From positions 172,546,001 to 172,610,000 of the forward strand of contig OX597816.1 in NCBI GenBank assembly GCA_951406725.2: DNA of 64,000 nt. The letters run 5' to 3'. The DNA is from Octopus vulgaris (Eukaryota). The notes under the pieces were generated by a model. It was not told the DNA's origin. It did no database searches and saw only the letters and a list, made by a program, of their open reading frames with translations. Made by a program: the position numbers and the translations under genes. This document shows positions 23,795-37,769 of the stretch, in pieces; positions within the stretch are counted from its first letter, which is position 1, and every line of letters begins with the position of its first letter.

Positions 23795-26700
23795 GAAAAT
23801 TCTTCGATTAATAGCAGCAGTGATGGTTACGTATTGGATAGCAGGCGCAGTGAGAACTCTCTTCAGAGAAACATTGATGATAACAACAATCTGAATTTGG
23901 ACGAGTGTGTTAATGACGTATTCTCTGTAAACACCAGTCATGTCACAGACAACAGGAACGATGCTAGTAGTATGACTAATAACGATAACGACAACGATAG
24001 ATGCGACTATAATAATAATTATGATATAAAAATACAGGATGATAACAATCATAATCATAATAATCATAATACTTTTTTTTATATTGGCCACAAAACAAAT
24101 AGGGACGATACAATACAAGGGACAAGTGGGGTGTTGAACAATGCCGTGTATACAGTAACAAAAAATTAACGAAACAAACAATAAAATTCCCCAAAAGCGG
24201 GGAGTTCCTCACAGGGACAACCGAGGAACCCCACACATTTTGGTTATCCCGACCGCCAGGTGCACTTCAGGTGGCACCTCCCTCCTTCTCAAACTCCTTT
24301 GGTTTACAAACGAAAGTTCAGAATAGGCCAGTTAGTTGATCCCACCCGACGCCTAGAGTTTCCTCGAGCTACACCTGCTCACCGTTAAAAAACACTGGAG
24401 ATGTCTCATCCTCAGCGCTTGTCTGCACATCATTAGCCACGGCATGCCCAGTCCTCCACACAGCGGCTGTTGACACCAGATGGACTGTCTGACGAGCGGA
24501 ACACTCTCTTCCACAGAAAGCGGAAGAGCAAGCGCTCTAGCTTGATCAGCCACGAGAGTCAGGCGGTAGTAGATGACGGAAGTGATGTACACATTCACCG
24601 ACTCTGCCCAACCTTTCAGGGACAGCTTCCTCTCTGCCCATTTCTGGGTGCAACTGGCTACTCTGCTCGTCACCTCTCCCCAGTTCTTGTCCATCTGGAG
24701 GTCTGGACCAAACCAGATTCCGAGCAACTTAACCGATCCTTCCGTCCAGCGCCCTACAACGCTGTTGGTTGGCATGGACCTGCCTCTCCAGGTACCGAGC
24801 TGCAGGCCCACTGACTTGTCCTGATTCATTTTTACTCCTGTCACCGCTTCTTACTTCCTTAAGGTAGTGCCGATCACTTCGATTTCCAAGCTGTCCCACA
24901 CTATTACGGTGATGTTGTCCGTATATTCGGACACGAACCTTCTGCATCCTAGATTACGCAGGTTGTCCCTTAAAATATCCAACTTCCTTAGTAAATGTTC
25001 GAGGACAAGTACGTAGAGAAAGGTAGAGAGTGCGTATCCTTGACGGATCGAACGAACGATGCTAAACGAATCTGATAGGTGGCTGTTTACTTTGACCACT
25101 GAAAAGTTGTCGCTGTACATTGCAGCGACCCAGCCTCTGTAAACGTGTCTGAAACCGGCTGTCGCGAAGACAGCTTCCAAGTATTGGTGGTCGACCATGT
25201 CAAAAGTTTTCGATTGATCCAAATTGATCAGAGCCCCACCCATGCCAAGTTCCTTCCCGACGCCCGTCTCGGCCCGTCAAAGACCGAATTGTGGCTTTGT
25301 TGCCACGTTGCACCTCTGCCACCCGGGTCCATCGAAGCCTTTCGTCCCCTCATATCAGAGCACGCGCCCTAGCTCTGACAATGCTACCTTCATGTTTGGT
25401 ATTGAAGAATTGATCAAGAGCCGATTACGCCGTCATCACGTCAGTCGCAATGCCATTCCCAAGCACCTCATCTAGCTTCCTAACTAGCTCTCCCTCTGTC
25501 TAAGACTATTTCTTTACTAGGTCCTACTGCCTTTACTCTAATAACACTTTTCAGGACTATCTACCAATGGTTGTTGACAATTGCGCTCGCCAACTTCCGA
25601 TGGGCTAGCTTGCTAACTTGGTTTCTGAATGCTTGACGCGCTGGGAAAGACGCATTCAAATTCCAGTGCCCAGGGTCCTGTCTATGGACCCTATCTAGGT
25701 CGACTGTGCATATCACAAATTTGTTGTCTTTGTAGCCGATGACTTTGAACTGTAGATAACCTATGCTACTTCTATCCACTGGCCTACAGAATATTCTATC
25801 AAAATACAATCTGGAAGGCCCGGTGTCCACATTGGCGTATTCGGAAAATCCAGTCGGTACCTGTCAGCCAATTGAAAACGACTGAGCAGGATTGTGAGGC
25901 TCTTGCACTCCACTCTCCTATCAGCTAGCCATACCCTATCCAGGCGTGCATTCAAAATGAGGTTCCGATCGCCCACTAGAACTAAAAAGCGAGATGTCCC
26001 AAGAAAATCTCCAAACGTGTGACTGCTCCGCCCCAGTTTGGACGTACCCAGCGACTAGTCTGAAAGCACGACCTTCTGCTGTTACTCACATCCAGGACTA
26101 CCAACTTACTTTCCGGGTCCAGGATGATCGTTCGTACTGTGATATCCAGCCTTTTCCTAAACAGCACTGCGACCCTGTCCCCATTCCATGCCAACTAAGA
26201 GATGCTCAGATCTCAGAATCGCTGAAAATGGGGACCAGATCGCGTGTGTCGAAATTCCTGGTTTCACTGACGGCTATCACGTCTATAGATAGTGACCTGA
26301 GGTCGTTGAGAAGACGTCCCTGCTTCCACTGTGACCCCAGGCCACGAACATTTACATAGCCCACTCTAATCAATCTCATGTCGGTCGCAAACAGCTGTGA
26401 GAAAGGAAAAGAGCGAGGTTACTTACCCTGCCAGTGCTGTTGGCGGCCGGGTGGCCTGGCCTCCGGTTCTGGTTGGAGGATCTCTGGGAACCCCTTTAAA
26501 AGTCTTTTGGAGGTTCCTACGTCGTGTGGGAAGCCCTCCCGTTTGTTATTGCACGTTGTTAATGGCATACGCCCTAACAACAGCTCTTCTGACACTTTAA
26601 AGGTGCAGGTGTCATGATTTACTCAATCTCTTTACTTTGAGCTTTGAGGGCCATGAAATCTTTATTTGTTCTCAATAACACAAAATTCGAGCTCTGAGAA

Positions 26701-26822
26701 TTTAACAGTTCTTCTGAAAGCTTTCTTTTTTTAATGGGGAGGGGGAGGTGCGGTTGTAGTAGTTGTGCTGGTGATGATAACTTTTGTTGTGTGAGCGGTT
26801 GTTGCGCTGGAGGGTTTGTTGT

Positions 26823-27046
26823 CTGGCAGAAACGTTAGCACGTTGGGCGAAATGTGTAGCCGTATTTCGTCTGCCGTTATGTTCTGATTTCAAATTCCGC
26901 CGAGGTCGACTTTGCCTTTCATCCTTTCGGGGTCGATAAATTAAGTACAAGTTACGCACTGGGGTCGATGTAATCGACTTAATACCTATGTCTGTCCTTG
27001 TTTGTCCCCTCTGTGTTTAGCCCCTTGTGGGTAATAAAGAAATAGG
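26823..27046 (+). mobile_element. SINE family A
   Basis: Matches the family consensus; inserted in the Tx1 ORF1. Confidence 0.9.
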
Positions 27047-28191
27047 TTGACGGTACTTTTTGTGTTGGCCGATGTTTGTGTTGGTGTTAATCCAGATTTT
27101 TTTCTCCTGCGCTTTCTTTTGGATTGTTTTGGCTTTTTTTGTTCCTCCTCATCCTCACTTCGAGACGTGTAGGAATCGGAATCTGTATAATCCGTCCCTG
27201 ATACGGGTGGGAATATGCTTGTGTTTGTTTGTGTGTGTGTGTCTATGTGTGATCGTGTATTTGAGAGGGAGCTAGAGAGCTGGGCTGGGGAAAAACCTGA
27301 ATGGTCCTCTCTGCTAAAGTTCTTGTCCATTTTAACGGTAACGGTGGTGGTACTGCTGGGGTTGTTTGTACTGCTACTACTACTACTGCTGCGGCTGTTT
27401 CTGACGCTGGCCCTTTTTTCTATCGCTGTCTGTCCTTCCGCCTCAACTTGAGCTGCCGCTGTGGTTCTGCCTTGAGATGCTGATGCTGCACCACTTGTTC
27501 TTTTATTTTCTTGTAGGTGTTGTTACTGTTGTGGAAATGGCTGTGACATCGGCGATGGGGCTCTCCTCTCTCCTCTATTGCTTTTGTTTTGTGGGCAGAA
27601 TGCCTGTAAATGATTTGCCATGACACAGACATGGCATCTTGGACGTCTGCCGTTCACAGTCACTTTCAACTCAGTTCCGTTCGGCATGGAGTTGAGATCA
27701 GGTATTTCCTCCTGTTGGTCTGGTTTTACATGGAGTAATACCTCCAGTGTGACCCTGTCCAGTTCTCCCTTCTTGATATTTATTACCACGCAAGCGAGGC
27801 CCACCACAGATCTAACTCTGGTGGCACCCCCTGTATGGGCCTCAGTTTTAAATAAAACCTCCACCCCGCCGAACTGCTTTGCCTTCGATATATGACCGAT
27901 GTCCTGCCATATATTCTGAAGGGCTCTTTCTCTCTGGGGTGGTCGTTGTCGTTTCTAGCAGTTTTGATTTACAGCTAATGCAACGGTACGTTACTATCTT
28001 CCTTGTGTTCGCCAAGATTTTCTGTGGAGGTATTAATTCAGCTCTTCTTCCGTCTTTTTACCAATTCTTAACGGCGTTCGCTAATTTAGGGGCTTTTTCC
28101 TGTAGAGAAAGTGCAAAGAATTCTTTTGAGGTGACGGCACCGCCGAAAGAGATTTTTCTACTAATGGTAGCCGCTTGTGCTCTTGCTACCA

Positions 28192-28428
28192 GTACCTATT
28201 TCTTTATTACCCACAAGGGGCTAAACATAGAGGGGACAAACAAGGACAGACATAGGTACTAAGTCGATTACATCGACCCCAGAGCATAACTAGTACTTAA
28301 TTTATCGACCCCGAAAGGATGAAAGGCAAAGTGGACCTCGGCAGAATTTGAACTCAGAACGTAACCGCAGACGAAATGCCACTAAGCATTTCGCCCGGCG
28401 TGCTAACGATTCTGCCAGCTCGCCGCCT
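28192..28428 (-). mobile_element. SINE family A
   Basis: Matches the family consensus. Confidence 0.9.
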
Positions 28429-28535
28429 TCCCATTACCATCACCACCACAGCCTCCAACCACTCCACCACAACCGTTACCGTTGCTCCTGCCGTCGTCAC
28501 CCGAGCTGTTGTCACTGCTACTGTTACTACTACCG

Positions 28536-28922
28536 GGGAGGCGCAATGGCCCAGTGGTTAGGGCAGCGGACTCGCGGTCATAGGATCGCGGTTTCGATTC
28601 CCAGACCGGGCGTTGTGAGTGTTCATTGAGCGAAAACACCTAAAGCTCCACGAGGCTCCGGCAGGGGATGGTGGTGATCCCTGCTGTACTCTTTCACCAC
28701 AACTTTCTCTCACTCTTACTTCCTCTTTCTGTTGTACCTGTATTTCAAGGGCCGGCCTTGTCACTCTCTGTGTCACGCTGAATATCCCCGAGAACTACGT
28801 TAAGGGTACACGTGTCTGTGGAGTGCTCAGCCACTTACACGTTAATTTCACGAGCAGGCTGTTCCGTTGATTCGGATCAACCGGAACCCTCATCGTCGTA
28901 ACCGACGGAGTGCTTCCATCCA
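28536..28922 (+). mobile_element. SINE family B
   Basis: Almost identical to 18111-18500; actaccg flanks both sides as a candidate TSD. Confidence 0.92.
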
Positions 28923-29139
28923 ACTACCGTCGAAGCTGTCGGTGCTGCTGCTATACTTCGCAACCTCGTAATTCTTGCTGCCTCTACTGCCACCACGACC
29001 ATTGCTTTTGTCACTTCCACTACCACCACTTTTGTTACTACCGTTATTGTTTCACCGATTTCGAAAAAAACTTGCTGTACTTTCCTTTGTAATTTTTCTT
29101 TTCTCGCCAGGCAGCAATTTTTCGAAGACTGATTTTACT

Positions 29140-29370
29140 TATTTCTTTATTACCCACAAAGGGCTAAACGCAGAGGGGACAAACAAGGACATACATAGGT
29201 ATTAAGTCGATTATATCGACCCCAGTGCGTAACTGGTGCTTAATTTATCGACCCCGAAAGGATGAAAGGCAAAGTCGACCTCGGCGGAATTTGAACTCAC
29301 AACGTAACTGCAGACGAAATACCGCAAAGCATTTCTCCCGGCGTGCTAACGTTTCTGCCAGCTCGCCGCC
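29140..29370 (-). mobile_element. SINE family A
   Basis: Matches the family consensus. Confidence 0.9.
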
Positions 29371-29764
29371 TTGATTTTACTTTCCTCGCAAACATCAGCT
29401 CCGTTGGTGACACACCTGTTGGAGTATTTGGATTTGGTGTCACATGATATACTCTTAAGAATTGTTGTAGAGCTACCTCATACATGGCTTCTTTATTCGA
29501 CTTTCTTAGGACTCTCTTGAACATATCGACAAAGCGTCCTGCCTGTCTGTCAGATCTGGGATGGTGTGGTGCAGTAGTCACATGTTCTACCGCAAAGTTT
29601 TACTAAACTTTTTAAAACTTACAAAGAACAAATTGTGTTCTATTGTCAGACGCTATCGCGTCTGGGATGTCAAATCTCGCAAAGAGCTCATGTAAAACAT
29701 TTATCGCATATGAGGAGCTTGATTTTTTATACTTATAAATATCTGGCCATTTAGAGAAACTATC

Positions 29765-30176
29765 GGATCTTTTCGGTTTGAAAGGCAGTTTTTAACAATT
29801 TCTAGGTAACTAAAAAATTTTAAACTTCGTATACTGGTAGAATGTGTTTATAAAACATCTTTTTCTCTTGGCTTTATTGAGAAAATTCTATAGTTTGTAA
29901 GATATTTGTTGTTTTTTTTCTTCAATTTCTGCAATTTCAACCAATCAATGACGTCCATTGAGTTAAAAAACCTTTCTGTGCCGTATGAATATGTCCCTCG
30001 TTTAAGAGACAGATTGGGTTTATTTACATTTGTGAAGAAAAAAAGATATCCTTCCCCCCCTAACCCTAACCCTAAAACTGATTGAAATGCAATAGATCGA
30101 TACTAGGGTCATAATTATGGGTGACAATTTCATATGACACCGCTAGAAAAAACTGCCGTTCAAACCGAAAAGATCC
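29765..30176. mobile_element. 412-bp MITE with 29-bp TIRs and an 8-bp TSD (Merlin-like), inserted in the Gypsy integrase
   Basis: TIR ggatcttttcggtttgaa(a/c)ggcagttttt with 1 mismatch. TSD aaactatc at 29757-29764 and 30177-30184. Confidence 0.93.
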
Positions 30177-31195
30177 AAACTATCAACTGCCACTAAGTGG
30201 TATGAACCGTTTAAAGAACCAGCGAAGTCGATGTGTAGTCTCGACTACGGAACATTTACTTTTGACCAATGTTCACTTTTTATCGTCGGTAATTTTGCTG
30301 GTAGAGCACATTCTCTACAACTTTTTACTAAATTTTTGATTTCTCTGTCCATTTTTGGCCAGTACATGTAGTTATGCATTAAAGCTTTCCTCGAAGTACA
30401 CTCAACATTTACTTTTGTGGCATTTCAAGTATTACTGCTCGCAGTGCATACATCAGTACGCCATCACAAATTGAGTATAGGTTTACGTCTTAGTTTCGTT
30501 TCGCACTAAACCTGTTCCTATTTACTTTTACTGACCACAGTGTTCTTTTCACTTCTGTTATGAATTTCTCCTTTACCACATTTCGCTTTATGTCTTCTAG
30601 GGTTGCCGATAATTCGCGTACCACGTCCCACATTACGTTTTCTTATTTCTCCTTCTGATCTTAAAGCTGCGACTACCGCATCTTCGAATGGCTCGCAGCG
30701 TTTCGGTATCAGTCTGGACAAACCATCCGCATGCCCTAGTTTTTTGATAGTAAATATTCTATTTTGTAATCATAATTCAATAACGTAGTGTAGTCTATTT
30801 GCTGTGTGTGTTGGTATTCCTTTTTTGGAACCGTATATTGGTATATTGACAATAGTAGGCGATGATCTGTTTGTAGACAGAAACTTCTTCCATGAATAAA
30901 TCTATGGAATTTTTTTACACCGAATATGATTGCTAATGCTTCTTTTTCTATCTGACTATAGTTCCTTTTAGCTGGAAATAACGATCGGGACGAATGGGCT
31001 TATAGCCATTTTACTCCCATCGTCATATTTGTGCAGAAGCACGGCTCCTACACCATAATCACTTGCATCTGCAGCCTATGTAATTTCTAACTTTGGGTCA
31101 AAATGCGTTAACGATAAGTCCGATGTTAAAATGCTTTTTTAGCTACTCGTCAAATGCCTTATGGCACTTATCAGTCCAACACCATTTTATATTTT

Positions 31196-31575
31196 TACTC
31201 TTTTACTTGTTTCAGTCATTTGACTGCGGCCATGCTGGTGCACCGCCTTTAGTCGAGCAAATCGACCCCGGGACTTATTCTTTTTGTAAGCCCAGTACTT
31301 ATTCTATCGGCCTCTTTTTGCCGAACCGCTAAGTGACGGGGACGTAAACACACCAGCATCGGTTGTCAAGCAATGCTAGGGGGACAAACACAGACACACA
31401 AACATACACACATACATATATATATACATATATACGACAGGCTTCTTTCAGTTTCCGTCTACGAAATCCACTCACAAGGCATTGATCGGCCCGGGGCTAT
31501 AGCAGAAGACACTTGCCCAAGATGCCACACAGTGGTTGGTAAACAAGCTACTTACCATACAGCCACTCCTGAGCC
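31196..31575 (-). mobile_element. SINE family C inserted in the Gypsy pol
   Basis: Reverse complement of family C. Confidence 0.9.
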
Positions 31576-32617
31576 TATTCTATATTTTTCTTTAACAGAT
31601 CCTTGAGAGGGGCCCTTACATTATGTATATTGGTAATATAAATTTGATAATAATTTAATAAACCCCAAAATGCTTGTAGCATAGTCACATTATTCGGAGT
31701 GGGCATATTTTTTTTTATCGCAGTTGCTCTCGATTGATCCCGTTTTCGTCCGTTTTTATCTATTATCTGGCCGAAGTATTTAATTTTTTTCATAAAGAAC
31801 TGGCACTTTTCTTCCGTTAACTTGAACCCATATTTTCTAATCTTCTCGAGTACTCTTTTAACGTGTTCTACATGTTTTTCATGTGATTCATTTTTATTAG
31901 TCTAAATAGATGATAGCAAAATCAGTCACCCAGCATTGCGTCTATCACTAAAATATGGAAGGAGCCACTTTTACACTAAAGGGAAGCCGCTTAAATTTAA
32001 ATAAGTTACGGTGTGTATTGATGCTTAATAAATGTGAGCATTCTTCTTTTGTAGATATGCCTCCGAGAGGTCTAATTTTGTGAAGGATTTCCCTCCATTC
32101 AATTTTCAAAACACTTCCTCAGGATTCGACAATGTGTGATTAAACAATCATTCAACCCTATTGAAAAATCCGCACAAACTCTTGTTACTTTTCTTTTTAC
32201 GGAGACCGTAGGTGCTTCTCGGTTTGAGTGGTCCGTCTTCTCGATTATTCCTAGTTGTTCAAGTCTTTCAAGTTCCTTGTTTAACTGACCTATTGCCGCG
32301 AACGGTACATTCCGTTTTGGCTTAAATACAGGAATTGCATTTTGCTTTACTGCAATTTTTACTTTTGTGTTCATGCAGCAACCCAGTCCCTCCCCTGGAA
32401 ATAAATGCTTTATTTCTCGTTTCAAATCCCTCAGCCTCACTCGAACCTTCGACTGAACCGACTATATTCCCACGCAAAACCCTTATGGGCGCATTCTACA
32501 GTTTGAACAATTCCATCAGAATAGATTAACTGAATTTTTTAGCACATATTTTTGACGAAATGTTACATTTCACACAAATTCACAGACAAAATACAATCTT
32601 TTAACACTTTTAACATC

Positions 32618-34990
32618 AATTGCAACTTTTGCTCAATGGAATTATGAGAGACCCAAAGAAAACACCTGAATGGTTAGTGGTATTACTTACCCACTTCCAA
32701 AGAATAACGAAACCAATCTTCCAAAAAACTATCGGCCTATAACCTGTCTATCCACCACGTATAAAATCCTAACATCTATCCTGGCGGAGAAAACATATAC
32801 ATTCATGGAGAAGAACGATATTTTCCCCATTGAACAAAAAGGGTGCCGCCGAGGCTCATACGGATGCAATTATTCGTATGATCCTAATTATTCGTATGAT
32901 CCTTGAGAACTGTCACAACAAGCGCAGAAATCTCAGCTCCGCATGGATTGACTATAAAAAGGCCTTCGACAGTATACCGCATCCATGGATCTTGAGATCG
33001 CTGGACATCTTCAAAATTTCCCCTGTGATTTCAAGCTTCCTGAAGCACAATATGTCGTTGTGGAATACGAATCTCCAATTATACCACTTTAATGGAGTAC
33101 TTGCCTCAGAGAATATAAACATCAACTGTGAAATTTTTCAAGGTGACTCACTTTCACCTTTAATATTCTGCATAGCTCTAATACCCCTTACAAGTGAATT
33201 AAACAGAACAGGGTATGGGTATAAAATTGCCAATAAAAGAATAAGCCATCTATTTTATATGGATGACTTAAAACTCTATGGTAAAGACGATAATGAACTT
33301 GAAGGCCTATTGCGCACTGTGAAAGTATTCAGCGATGACATCGGGATGGAGTTTGGGCTTGAGAAGTGTGCCAAGGCCACTTTCCAGAAAGGGAAAGTGA
33401 AGACCACAAGTTCAGTCGTGTTAGATGTTGACACAGTCATAAGAGAGCTTGAGCAAGAACAAACATACAAATATTTAGGGATAAATGAAGGCTCTGGTAT
33501 TCAGCATGCAAGCATGAAAGAGAAGATCAGGAAGGAATGTTATAGGAGAGTTCGTGCAGTCCTGAAATCTGAACTAAATGCACGTAACAAGGTGTTAGCT
33601 ATAAATTCCTTAGCAGTTCCAGCTGTTACTTATAGCTACAATGTGTTGAACTGGAATATGAGTGAAGTAAAGAATATAGATAGGAAAATACGCAAGCTGC
33701 TGAGTTGTAATAGGATGCACCACCCAAAGGCAGACGTAGATCGCCTTTACCTCCCCAGAGCCCAAGGAGGTCGAGGCCTGATCCAATTTGAACTAGATTA
33801 CAAAACAACCACAATTGGACTGGCCAAATATCTTGAAATAACAAATGACTGGATGCTAAAGCTCGTGGAAAATCACGAGAGACGAAAGATGCATCATTCT
33901 ATCATAAAGGAAAGCAAAAAAAATTGCTATTGATCTCGTGCAGGATACCCAAACTGAACAACCCGAGGGAAGTACGGCAACTATTGTTGTAAAGAAGGTG
34001 AAAATAATGGCAACGAAAAAAGCGCACGAGCAATTGGCTGATAGGTGGGAGGAGAAACCTCTGCACGGCAAATATGTGGCCCGTAGCAAACAAGCTGATG
34101 TTGACCAGAAGCAAACCCATCAGTGGCTACGGAGCTCAGGGCTAAAAGCAGAGAGCGAAGGTTTCATCCTGGCTGCTCAAGATCAAAGCCTATTAACCCG
34201 GAACTACCAGGCCATTGTGATGAAAAATGGAGCAGACCCAAAATGCCGATTCTGCAACGACATGATTGAAACAGTGGACCACCTAATCTCTGGATGTTAA
34301 GTCTTAGCACCAGTGGAGTATAAATTAAGACATGACAGAGTTGGCCAATATCTACACTGGCTAATAAGTTGGCATTACAATATCAAAACTGCCGACAAGT
34401 GGTATAATCACCACCCTGAAGCTGTAACTGAAGGAGAAAATGTAACGATTCTGTGGGACTTTCCAGTACATACAGACCGAACCATCAAAGCCAATAAACC
34501 GGATATTGTTGTGAAAGACCAAAACAATAAAGTTTGTTTATTGATCGACATGAGCATCCCCTGTGATCATAATATCTCGGCGAAAGAGTTTGACAAGCTC
34601 AGAAAATATAAAGACCTACTCATTGAAATTGAGAAAATGTGGCATCTCAAGGCGATTACAATACCAGTGATCGTAGGAGCACTAGGAATGATCAAGAAGG
34701 GAACCGAAAATTATATGAGAATGATCCCTGGCTTACCATCCCTGCAAGAAGTGCAAAAGATTGTCTTAACTGGTACATCACACGTATTGAAAGAGCATTG
34801 TCGATGTGAGAACTATTACTACCCATGTATTTTAATTTAACTTTAAAATAAATAAAAAAAATGAACGAACTAGTGAGGTTAGTTTAATGGCCTACCAATG
34901 TATACTATGAGTTTCTTTGCCCTAGGAGTCGGGAAGACACTCGGCAAGAAATGGAAGCAAATTTGAAAGAAGAAGAAAAAAAGATAACAA
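32618..34990 (+). mobile_element. 5'-truncated R4/Dong-type LINE (RT, CCHC, restriction-like endonuclease) with few disruptions
   Basis: NYRPITCL, WIDYKKAFDS, IFQGDSLSP, HLFYMDDLKLY, CRFC...ETVDHLISGC, RHD, KPDIVV...LIDMSIP...KYKDL; the 3' UTR ends in (TAA)n. Confidence 0.95.
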
Positions 34991-35098
34991 TAATAATAAT
35001 AATGTATTTTATTTAAATATCAATATGTTACATACGCGCTCAGTCACATTCATGAATATGAATATAAATATTGATATATATATTTTCACTCAGTGGTG

Positions 35099-35130
<32 letters not shown>

Positions 35131-35360
35131 TGTATGTATGTATGTATGTATGTATGTATGTACATCTGTATGTATAGATGTGTGTGTGTGCTTTAAATTA
35201 GACTATCGTACATTTAACAATATGTAACAATAAGGAAATAACTGTCATTGTCAATATCATAAACCATCCTCGTTCTCCGCTTCTCCTCCTCCCCCTCCTC
35301 CTCCTCCTCCACCTCATCATCATCATCATCATTATCATCATCCGTCGCCCCTCCTCATTG

Positions 35361-35690
35361 CCACCACCACCACCACCACCACCACCATCAACCACCACCA
35401 CCACCACCACCACCACCACCACCACCACCACCACCACCACCACCACCACCACCACCACCACCACCACCACCACCACCACCACCACCACCACCACCACCCA
35501 CCACCACCACCACCACCACCACCACCACCACCACCACCACCACCACCACCACCACCACCACCACCACCACCAGACCACCACCACCACCACCACCACCACC
35601 ACCACCACCACCACCACCACCACCACCACCACCACCACCACCACCACCACCACCACCACCACCACCACCACCACCACCACCACCACCACC
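35361..35690 (+). repeat. (CCA)n tract, ~330 bp
   Basis: Read directly. Confidence 0.97.
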
Positions 35691-35987
35691 ATGTACATCA
35701 ACAGTATATCAGTAATTCTTAAAACTTTTAAAACTGCCCCTTCCCCCGCCATCTTGATAATCTTGATCGCCACCTACGAAATAATCACATCAACCTCATT
35801 ACTAACTATCTCGTGATAGGATCAATAGATATATTGTATACACTATCATGTTTGGTTGTTGTTGTCCCGGCAAATCATTCAATCAATCATTTTTGACTTA
35901 TCGATTCTTGCTTTCTGTACGCACATGAATGCCTGAGGTATGTATCTGTGTGTGTATGCGTGAATTCGTGCGTGTGTATGTGCCTAT

Positions 35988-36461
35988 GTACATACATACA
36001 TAAATACATACATACATACATACATACATACACACACATACATACATACATACATACATACATACATACATACATACATACATACATACATACATACATA
36101 CATACATACACACACATACATACATACATACATACATACATACATACATACATACATACATACATTCATACATACATACATACACACATACATACGTACA
36201 TACATACACATACACACACACATACATACATACATACATACATACATACATACATACATACATACATACATACATACATACATACATACATACATACATA
36301 CATACACACATACATACATACATACATACACACACACATACATACATACATACATACATACATACATACATACATACATACACACACACATACATACATA
36401 CATACATACATACATACATACATACATACATACATACATACATACATACATACATACATAC
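35988..36461 (+). repeat. (TACA)n microsatellite
   Basis: Read directly. Confidence 0.97.
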
Positions 36462-36463
36462 AA

Positions 36464-36518
<55 letters not shown>

Positions 36519-36847
36519 ATAATTAGCACGATGCTTTAAGGATACAGTGAGCATCAACCTATTCAGAAATGAGAGCTAAGGTCTCTGTTCAGCTGCCATA
36601 ACACACCAAAATCATAGAAAGTAATAGTATGCGAGGAAACGGACAAAGAATTAAAAAGAATACCTTTAAAGATTATGCTGTTCAGATGCTCATATACTAT
36701 AGTCTCGGGTGTTGGCCCGAGAGGCCTAACCGTCGTCAGTATGAGTCAGTCACTTGGCAAGACATTCCAAATCCGCCACGTTATAAATCCATTAGCGCTC
36801 TGGCTTCTTTTGTACACTTATACATATATATATGTATATATACATAC

Positions 36848-36923
<76 letters not shown>

Positions 36924-37039
36924 GTATGTATATATCTATATCTATATCTTTATCTATCTATCTATCTAGCTATTATATATATATAAATGTGTACTTACAT
37001 ATAAGAGAACAAAGTGTACGTACGTCGCTATATATATAA

Positions 37040-37106
<67 letters not shown>

Positions 37107-37109
37107 TAT

Positions 37110-37274
37110 ATGAAACAGAAAATGGGACAAGAACGCAAAACATCCAGACAACTAGGTGATACAAATAGGGACAACAAAACGTCCAGATAGACGATACAAA
37201 AACAAAACAAGGACGGGTCATTCGAAGCTTTCCATCTTCAGTCAAGAACCATTTCATCCTCGCTATTTCGGCTG

Positions 37275-37275
<1 letters not shown>
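37110..37275 (-). mobile_element. Probable Penelope-like terminal fragment between microsatellites
   Basis: Minus strand gccGAAAtagcg...gaCTGAAGAtgg; same layout as the 7881, 40045 and 41317 repeats. Confidence 0.4.
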
Positions 37276-37352
<77 letters not shown>

Positions 37353-37769
37353 TTTTTGGATTTGGTTTGCAAGATTCTTTATGTGAGTTCGTGTGTTGAA
37401 GCATATTCTGTTGTGTCTGGGGAGAGTCATTCTCTTTTAGTGCCTTATTATTTAACACACTCACTGGTAAAATTTCCACTTGTTTCCTTTTTGTTTGTTT
37501 GTGCGAATGCGTGTGGGTCAGTGTGTGTGTGTGTGTGTGCCTACACATGTATGCATGCATGTATGTATGTATGTATGTATGTATGTATGTATGTATGTAT
37601 GTATGTATGTATGTATGTATGTATGTATGTATGTATGTATGTATGTATGTATGTATGTATGTATGTGTGTGTGTGTGCACGTGTATGTATGTATGTGTGT
37701 GTGTGTGTATGTATGTGCGTGTATGTATGTATGCATGCATGTATGTATGTATGTATGTATGTATGTATG

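Larger units (their letters stand above)
24072..29135 (-). mobile_element. Long decayed Tx1/L1-clade LINE interrupted by three SINEs
   Basis: Low-complexity ORF1 start, zinc knuckle (RPRCHVC), ORF2 VNVRGLGSQWKQG, RT segments INLDQSKTFDMVDH and SIRQGYALS...YTDNIT, VKLLGIWF, and an A-rich tail at ~24072. Confidence 0.9.
29372..32617 (-). mobile_element. Decayed Ty3/Gypsy pol (RT, RNase H, integrase); no LTRs seen
   Basis: PVFKPKRNVPFA...ELERLEQLGIIEK...VCADFSIGLND; IKYFGQII...LQAFWGLLNYY; ADASDYGVGAVL; YSQIEKEALAIIFGVKKFH; FLRVYHVTPNPNTPTGVSPTELMF. Confidence 0.92.

Noticed and set aside
23777-24169. 130-aa Asn/Asp/Ser-rich ORF
   Set aside because: It starts in a SINE/LINE tail, ends in an antisense Tx1 UTR and is low complexity, with no recognisable domain.
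32830-33933. 367-aa RT ORF as an intact or domesticated gene
   Set aside because: The element is 5'-truncated, with frameshifts, an in-frame stop downstream and an 18-bp duplication replacing a conserved segment.
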